In this document: in pieces, positions 58,736-64,000 of the stretch
Layout of the letters: each line of letters starts with the position of its first letter
Numbering within the stretch: position 1 is the stretch's first letter
Source of the DNA: Planctomycetota bacterium
GTDB lineage: Bacteria; Planctomycetota; UBA1135; UBA2386
NCBI GenBank assembly: GCA_965228735.1
Contig: OZ245838.1
Span: 4,704,001 to 4,768,000, forward strand
DNA length: 64,000 bases
Direction of reading: 5' to 3'
Notes under the pieces: model-generated
Seen by the model: only the letters and a program-made list of their open reading frames with translations
Databases searched by the model: none
What the model was told of the DNA's origin: nothing
Made by a program: the position numbers and the translations under genes

Positions 58736-58763
58736 CACCGTTTCTAAACGGTGAAAAACGGTG
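58736..58763 (-). promoter_or_regulatory. Palindromic accessory motif, copy 3
   Basis: CACCGTTT-CT-AAACGGTG plus a second AAACGGTG. Confidence 0.5.
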
Positions 58764-58941
58764 GGTAGCGGTCAGCCACGCCGCTGGATTCTCGCGCAAC
58801 AGACCTACGCAGTGTCAGTTACGCCCGTCTCCGAGCCGGGCGGCTTGTGGGAAAACGGTGCCTGCCCTAAGCTCCCGTCGCCAGCGCCCTTCCGTCCAAG
58901 CAAACCTCCAAGCGGGCGATACCCCGATCGAGGTCTGCTCA

Positions 58942-59418
58942 GTGGCCAAGCCAGCGACAACGCGAGACAGTCAGGGCCGGTTCTCCCGCGGCAACGCCGG
59001 AGGACCAGGCCGGCCCAAGGGCGGCGGCACGCGCGAACTGCAGCAAGCGATCACCGAGGCCGTTGGCCCGGAGCACATGCAGGCGATCATGCGCAAGGCG
59101 CTGATCCTCGCGCTCAACGGCAACCTCTCGGCGATGAAGTTCGTCGCCGACCGGGCCTGCGGTAAGCCAACCGACGCGCCGGCAGCAGCCGATCCGATCG
59201 ACATCGAACTTCCACGCCTGCGGAATACAGCCGATTGCGACCGAGCGCTCGACGTCGTGGTCCAGGGAGTCTGCAGCGGCACCGTCGATCGGGACACGGC
59301 GCGCCTGTTCACAGACCTGATCCAGGCCCGCGTGAAGACGATCGAAGCCAAGGAGCTCGAGCAGCGGATCGCCGAGTTGGAGCAGACCCTGTCCGCTACC
59401 GGTCACCAACCGCGGTGA
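58942..59418 (+). CDS. DUF5681 / terminase-small-subunit-like protein
   Basis: RDSQGRFSRGNAGGPGRPKG; paralog of 25507-25986. Confidence 0.78.
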   Translation: MAKPATTRDSQGRFSRGNAGGPGRPKGGGTRELQQAITEAVGPEHMQAIMRKALILALNGNLSAMKFVADRACGKPTDAPAAADPIDIELPRLRNTADCDRALDVVVQGVCSGTVDRDTARLFTDLIQARVKTIEAKELEQRIAELEQTLSATGHQPR

Positions 59419-59962
59419 TGCGCCGGATCGCAGATAGCGTCAGGGCGCTCTGCCCGTCGTGTTCGCAGCCGACCGCGACGACCGTCGACAAGACGGTCCA
59501 TTCGTGCCCACGAGATGTCGTGACCGTGGTCGCCGACATAATGGCCACACCGCCGCGCGTGGGCTCGATTCGCAAGTTCCGTTCGCCGAGGGTGGCGAGC
59601 CCTTCTCCCGGCTCGACTGCGAGCCGAGCGTCTGTCAGTTGGCATTCGCACCGATAGCCACTACCGCGCCTGTGTGCGGCCACAGTGCCCACAATCGTGC
59701 CAACCTCTGCGCCGCCTTCGGTCAGAGCATCAGCGCGACACCGAGCCACCACGGGCTCGTCGTGGCCCACGACGAGCCCACGGCTCAGTGCCGCGAGGAA
59801 GTCGATGCCGACGAGGTGCGCGAACGTCGCATCGAACGCGAGCACGGGCTCCGTTGACGTTGGCGTGAACGCCACTGCATCGGGCCGCACTACACCGGAG
59901 CCCTCGGTTCGAACTGGATGTCCGCTCGTGCTGCCTGTGAGCACGTATTCGAACTTGGTCAC
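59396..59962 (-). CDS. Hypothetical beta-rich protein
   Basis: 188-aa ORF with no motif recognised. Confidence 0.4.
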   Translation of the reverse strand: MTKFEYVLTGSTSGHPVRTEGSGVVRPDAVAFTPTSTEPVLAFDATFAHLVGIDFLAALSRGLVVGHDEPVVARCRADALTEGGAEVGTIVGTVAAHRRGSGYRCECQLTDARLAVEPGEGLATLGERNLRIEPTRGGVAIMSATTVTTSRGHEWTVLSTVVAVGCEHDGQSALTLSAIRRITAVGDR

Positions 59963-59999
59963 ACCGGCATGCTTGCTCTGATGCGCCGGTCAGATCCAG

Positions 60000-60281
60000 T
60001 CACTTCTTGCTGCGTTCTGCGCTTCGCAGCAGCCCGGCGGGTGTCGTGCCCAGGGCCTGAGTCAGCCGGATCAGCGTCGCGACCGTGGGGTTGCGGATAC
60101 CGCGCTCGATGCCACTTACGTAGGTCCGGTCCAGTTCGACTTCGAAAGCGAACTGCTCCTGAGACAGCCCGAGTTTCTCCCGGTATCGCCTGACCGAACG
60201 CCCGAGGGCGGCAAGGTAGGCGTCGGATCCGGGGGTTTCGCGCACGCCGAAACGGTCTCGCCGTGCAGACTGGAGGACCAC
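60000..60281 (-). CDS. XRE-family HTH regulator
   Basis: R..LGLSQEQFA....DRTYVSGIERG.RNPT. Confidence 0.88.
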   Translation of the reverse strand: MVLQSARRDRFGVRETPGSDAYLAALGRSVRRYREKLGLSQEQFAFEVELDRTYVSGIERGIRNPTVATLIRLTQALGTTPAGLLRSAERSKK

Positions 60282-60341
60282 GGACTATAAGTCACACTCC
60301 GGACTTGCTCTGGTCGGGAACACAGAGGTAGGACTGGGCTT

Positions 60342-60656
60342 ATGAGTCGACGCCGGAGAGCGAAGCCAGCGCACTCGCCTGCCGGGGGCGTGATCAAGAT
60401 GCTCCTGATCTGCTGGACCATCTTCTGCGCCGTCTGGGTCCTGTTCTCGTTTTTCCTTGGCACCCTTCGTGGCAAGGAACCAGGCGAAGAGGCCGCCTAC
60501 GCGTGCATGTCGATCTTCGGTTCCGCGACCGGGCTGGTGGCCTGGTTCGTTGGCGTTGTGCCGCTCGGAATCCTGTTCGCGGTTTTCGGCCAGCCCCGCA
60601 GGCACGACTACGCCGAGGACGACCTGCCCCCGATTCGACGACGGAGAAGACGATGA
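60342..60656 (+). CDS. Small 2-TM membrane protein
   Basis: Two hydrophobic segments. Confidence 0.6.
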   Translation: MSRRRRAKPAHSPAGGVIKMLLICWTIFCAVWVLFSFFLGTLRGKEPGEEAAYACMSIFGSATGLVAWFVGVVPLGILFAVFGQPRRHDYAEDDLPPIRRRRRR

Positions 60657-61510
60657 AGAACACGCAGATGCTGATCGGCGCGGTGCTCTGGTGGATCAGT
60701 GCAAGCCCTGCCCTTGCCGCTCCCCAGACCGAGGTCAAGCCGGAGCGGCGCGCGACGTCCGAGGTCGAAGCAGCCTCACGGGCCCTTGCGACGCTCTCTG
60801 CACGGCTCGCAGAGCTGCAAGTGCAGGTTCGCGAGGCGATCGAGCAGGCTCGCGCTTCCGAGACAGCGGAGGAAGAGGCAGCGTTCTCGGAGCGGGTGCT
60901 CGCACTGAACGAGGAGCTTGCCTCGGTCGCTGCGGAGTTCGCGGAGCGGGCCGCAGCGCTTCGTGACGCTACGGATCCGACGAAGTCGCGGATCCTCGCT
61001 GCGCTCCGGCTTCCGGACCTGGATGAGGTCGAGAACGAGCTAGAAGCCATCGAGTCCGAGCTAGAGAAGCGGGAGAACGCGGACGTGTCGCGGCGCATGC
61101 TCGGGCTCGTGACCTACTACATCGCCGACACCATGCGGGAGCGGGCGGAACGGATGGCGCGGTCGAATCGGGACGACCGGAGGGCCGCCGGCATCTATTC
61201 GAGGGCGAGCAAGAAGTTCGGGAAGGTCCTGGATCACGTCGACGTCAGCGTTCCCGAGATCGGATCCTCCCTGCATGCAGCCGCACTGCACCGAATTGCG
61301 CACGCAGAAGCGATCCTGAGCGCCGGTTACACCGCGCTAGTCAAGCGGGGCCACAACGCCAGGTCGTCGCGGTCGAAGGCTCAGACGCACTGGAAGCGCG
61401 CGAGCCATGCGCTAGCCGAGCTGGAGCGCCTCCACGCCGACAAGCGGTATGCGAACCGGCGCAGCATCCTCGAAGCCGCCAAGTCGGATGTTCGCCGCCT
61501 CGTGCGGTGA
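60653..61510 (+). CDS. Secreted coiled-coil / TPR-like protein
   Basis: Signal peptide MKNTQMLIGAVLWWISASPALA; ATGA overlap. Confidence 0.68.
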   Translation: MKNTQMLIGAVLWWISASPALAAPQTEVKPERRATSEVEAASRALATLSARLAELQVQVREAIEQARASETAEEEAAFSERVLALNEELASVAAEFAERAAALRDATDPTKSRILAALRLPDLDEVENELEAIESELEKRENADVSRRMLGLVTYYIADTMRERAERMARSNRDDRRAAGIYSRASKKFGKVLDHVDVSVPEIGSSLHAAALHRIAHAEAILSAGYTALVKRGHNARSSRSKAQTHWKRASHALAELERLHADKRYANRRSILEAAKSDVRRLVR

Positions 61511-61528
61511 CGTTCAGCAGGCTGGCGC

Positions 61529-62224
61529 TTAACGAGATCGCTGCGCCATGAGGCTCTGCAGATGCTGCAGCGCTATAGCCTTCTCGTCATCGGTCGCCGC
61601 CGCCACCTGATCGAACGCCGCCAGAAGCTCGGCGTCCTCCTCGCCGCCGAGGATCGGATGAAGCGCCAGGAACTCGGCGAACGCGACGACAGCATCACGC
61701 AAGCTCTCGTGCTCTGGTAGTTCTCCGAGCCTGGAGAAGCGGGAACAGGCCTCTGCGAGCTTCCGAAACCGGAAGTCGTTTCGGCCGAAGGATGCGCACA
61801 GTGTCTTGTGCTTCTCGATCGCGCGCTTGGCCTGTGCCTCATACGGAGGCTGAATCAGGATCTCTGGCCAGCCGAGCAAGTGCAGCCCGATGCTGCCGAA
61901 CTCCGGCACCTCCATCCCCTCATCGACGAAGTTCCGGTTCGTGACGTCGAAGCCGGCTCGAATGGCGAGTCGTAGGGCCAGCCGCGCCACGTTCCTCGCG
62001 CCAGGTCGACTGCCAACGGCTTCACTGAGCAACGCCTGGCGAATCGATACGAGTTGTGACGCACGAAGCGCCTCTTCCGCTGTTCGCTGCGCGAGTTCCT
62101 TGTGGTCGGGAAGCTTGCCGGTTTCCTGAAAGCTTGCGAGTGCGGCTTCCACTGCCTGTGGCGTCGCAGGCATCGCTTGCACGCTGTCGTGGATCTTGCT
62201 GAGTCGTTTGTTCCGGTTGCGCAT
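61529..62224 (-). CDS. Conserved element hypothetical protein (paralog of 24747-25505)
   Basis: Shared motifs; GAGGAG RBS. Confidence 0.75.
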   Translation of the reverse strand: MRNRNKRLSKIHDSVQAMPATPQAVEAALASFQETGKLPDHKELAQRTAEEALRASQLVSIRQALLSEAVGSRPGARNVARLALRLAIRAGFDVTNRNFVDEGMEVPEFGSIGLHLLGWPEILIQPPYEAQAKRAIEKHKTLCASFGRNDFRFRKLAEACSRFSRLGELPEHESLRDAVVAFAEFLALHPILGGEEDAELLAAFDQVAAATDDEKAIALQHLQSLMAQRSR

Positions 62225-62239
62225 GTCTCCTCACGTAGT

Positions 62240-63526
62240 TCACTGCAGCATGTCGTTGACCGCGTCCCGCTCCGCCGCGATCTCGGTAAAGGTCCGGCCG
62301 TCGCCGTCTCGCATTGCTTCCTTGCCCGTGGCGGATTGCCAGCGGCGAATGGAAACGTCGACGAAGGGTGGACTGATCTCGATCGCGCGGCATCGACGGC
62401 CAGTCTTCTGCGCCGCGATGATTTGCGACCCGCTGCCCGAGAACGGTTCGAACACAACGTCGCCGGGCCTCGTGTGCTTCTTGAGCGGGCGAACGAACAG
62501 CTCGACCGGCTTCGATGTTGGGTGCTCTGCCCCCGTAGAGCGGGCCTTGCCGTCGAAGTCGATCTCCCACACGGAATCGTGATCGTGGACTCCGTCGTGC
62601 TCGGGTTGGTCGCCCTTTCGCCATCCCATCACGCATGGCTCATGGCGGAAGTGCCAATAGACGCGACCGAACACCGGGCTCGGCTTCACCCAGATAATCT
62701 GCTGGTGGTCGAGGATGCCGAGCTCGCGCCAGATGCGCTGCAGGTCGCCGCTCCGCTTGTGCGCGTGCCAGCAGTAGATTGCAGCCTTGTGCCCGAGCAC
62801 CTCCAGGACGTTCTTGAACACAGCGCGGAAGAACGCGTCGGGGTCTTTGATCGACACCTCGTCGTAGCGGTCCGTCCAGTCCTTACCCGCGTCGTTTGGT
62901 CGGTCGCCGGTGTAGTCGACAAGGTAGGGCGGGTCGGTTGCGACGAGCGCGGCCTTCTCGCCGTCCATGATGCGGAGGACGTCGTTCAGGTTCGTGGAGT
63001 CGCCGCAGAGCAGGCGGTGTTCGCCCAGGATCCAGAGTTCACCCGGCTTCGCGATCGCGACATCGGGCGGATCGTCAGCCCCGTCATCATCCGTATCGTC
63101 GTCATCGTCCTCGTCGCGCAGCCTCGCGAGCAGGTCGTCGACTTCGTCTTCGGTGTAGCCGACGCCGTCGAGTTCGTCCTCGGACTTGAGTTGCTCGAGC
63201 AGCTGGGCCAGCTCAGTCTCGTTCCACTCCGCGAACTCGTGGGTGCGGTTGTCCGCGATAGCGAACGCGGCCGCGTCGAGGTCGTTGCCGTCGAACCACC
63301 AGACCGGGACCTCGGTCATGCCGAGGCTCTCCGCTGCCTTCAAACGTGTATTGCCGGCGACGACTTCACCCGAGCGTCGTGCGACGATTGGCTGTTGCCA
63401 ACCGAACCGCCGCAAGCTCGCAGCGACGTGTGGAATGGCCGCGTCGTTGCGGCGTGGGTTCGTGGGTGAGCAGTGGAGCCGATCGATCGCGACGGTCTCG
63501 ATCGGCGGAGAGTTGGAATTGTCCAA
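62240..63526 (-). CDS. ParB-like N-terminus + N6/N4 DNA methyltransferase
   Basis: DPPY, FSGSGS; highly similar to 25989-27281. Confidence 0.92.
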   Translation of the reverse strand: MDNSNSPPIETVAIDRLHCSPTNPRRNDAAIPHVAASLRRFGWQQPIVARRSGEVVAGNTRLKAAESLGMTEVPVWWFDGNDLDAAAFAIADNRTHEFAEWNETELAQLLEQLKSEDELDGVGYTEDEVDDLLARLRDEDDDDDTDDDGADDPPDVAIAKPGELWILGEHRLLCGDSTNLNDVLRIMDGEKAALVATDPPYLVDYTGDRPNDAGKDWTDRYDEVSIKDPDAFFRAVFKNVLEVLGHKAAIYCWHAHKRSGDLQRIWRELGILDHQQIIWVKPSPVFGRVYWHFRHEPCVMGWRKGDQPEHDGVHDHDSVWEIDFDGKARSTGAEHPTSKPVELFVRPLKKHTRPGDVVFEPFSGSGSQIIAAQKTGRRCRAIEISPPFVDVSIRRWQSATGKEAMRDGDGRTFTEIAAERDAVNDMLQ

Positions 63527-63727
63527 GATCGCACCTCATGCGGGAGGGGAGCCGCTTGGAGGTGAGCTTGGACGGTGGCTCGGCCTGTGCAGTCTAGCGC
63601 AGAGATGCCGCCCACCGCGCGCATACTTGAGGGATAGCGGGAGCCTCTGCCGTAGTCTGGGGTGGTCGCCCAGGGGGCAGGTGCACGCGGAGAGCGTGCC
63701 GCGCTGCCCGCGAAAGCTCAGGTTCGC

Positions 63728-64000
63728 ATGCCAAAGTCGATCAAGTTCTTCCAGATGGATCACGAGGACGCCCCGCGTCGGGTGCTCGAAGCGAAATTCG
63801 AAGACTCTGAGTGGGCCGCGATCGAGCGGTTCGTCGAATGCGCGCAGCGCATTGTGGAGAACGGGATCACAACCGACGCCTATCCACTCGGATCGAAGCT
63901 GCACTGGGAAGCCGGCGAGCTGCGGACGGAAGTGACGCTGCCGCCCATCGAGGCGCAGGAGTCCTTTCTGCTTCGCATGCGGATGGTGCTCTTACAGAAA
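63728..64000 (+). CDS. Hypothetical protein, truncated at the right edge
   Basis: Open frame MPKSIKFFQMDHED... to the window end; occupies the position DUF2971 holds in element A. Confidence 0.5.
   Translation, partial: MPKSIKFFQMDHEDAPRRVLEAKFEDSEWAAIERFVECAQRIVENGITTDAYPLGSKLHWEAGELRTEVTLPPIEAQESFLLRMRMVLLQK

Larger units (their letters stand above)
43088..64000. mobile_element. Integrative element B (sister of A), continues beyond the right edge
   Basis: Second set of int, xis, SpoVG-like, replication, XerC-like, DUF5681 and ParB-MTase genes. Confidence 0.7.

Noticed and set aside
59416..59989. 11-bp direct repeat TGATGCGCCGG around the 59396-59962 ORF, with a weak dif-like match near 59965
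   Set aside because: Too short and GC-rich to exclude chance; the arms fit the consensus poorly.
2750..64000. Intact prophage or conjugative element
   Set aside because: No capsid, portal, large terminase, relaxase or type IV secretion genes recognised in the window.

Overview
GC-rich bacterial DNA, most likely Planctomycetota (inferred from the DUF1580-like HTH genes and an HzsA-like heme protein). The window is almost all accessory DNA: two related, capsid-less integrative elements in tandem. Element A runs from the left edge or about 2.8 kb to about 43.1 kb, and element B from about 43.1 kb past the right edge. They meet at a tRNA 3'-end-like core (43088-43107) flanked by arm-type repeats. 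Each element carries a tyrosine integrase, an excisionase, a SpoVG-like gene, a DUF1580-like HTH, a primase-polymerase replication module (a different type in each), a second XerC-like recombinase, a DUF5681/TerS-like gene and a ParB-methyltransferase. Cargo is mostly defence or conflict genes: a UG/Abi-type reverse transcriptase with a structured leader, divergent from a dGTPase plus nucleotidyltransferase-nuclease pair; PD-(D/E)XK and HNH nucleases; DUF2971; four TIR proteins; and a 2,095-aa RHS protein. The most unusual signal is a family of six dif-like 11-6-11 sites (nnGTCRCATKC-N6-AAATGCGACGn). They punctuate the cargo, alternate in orientation in element A and exactly bracket the HNH gene, which suggests a self-encoded Xer cassette system. 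All family assignments come from motif recognition by eye; no database search was run.
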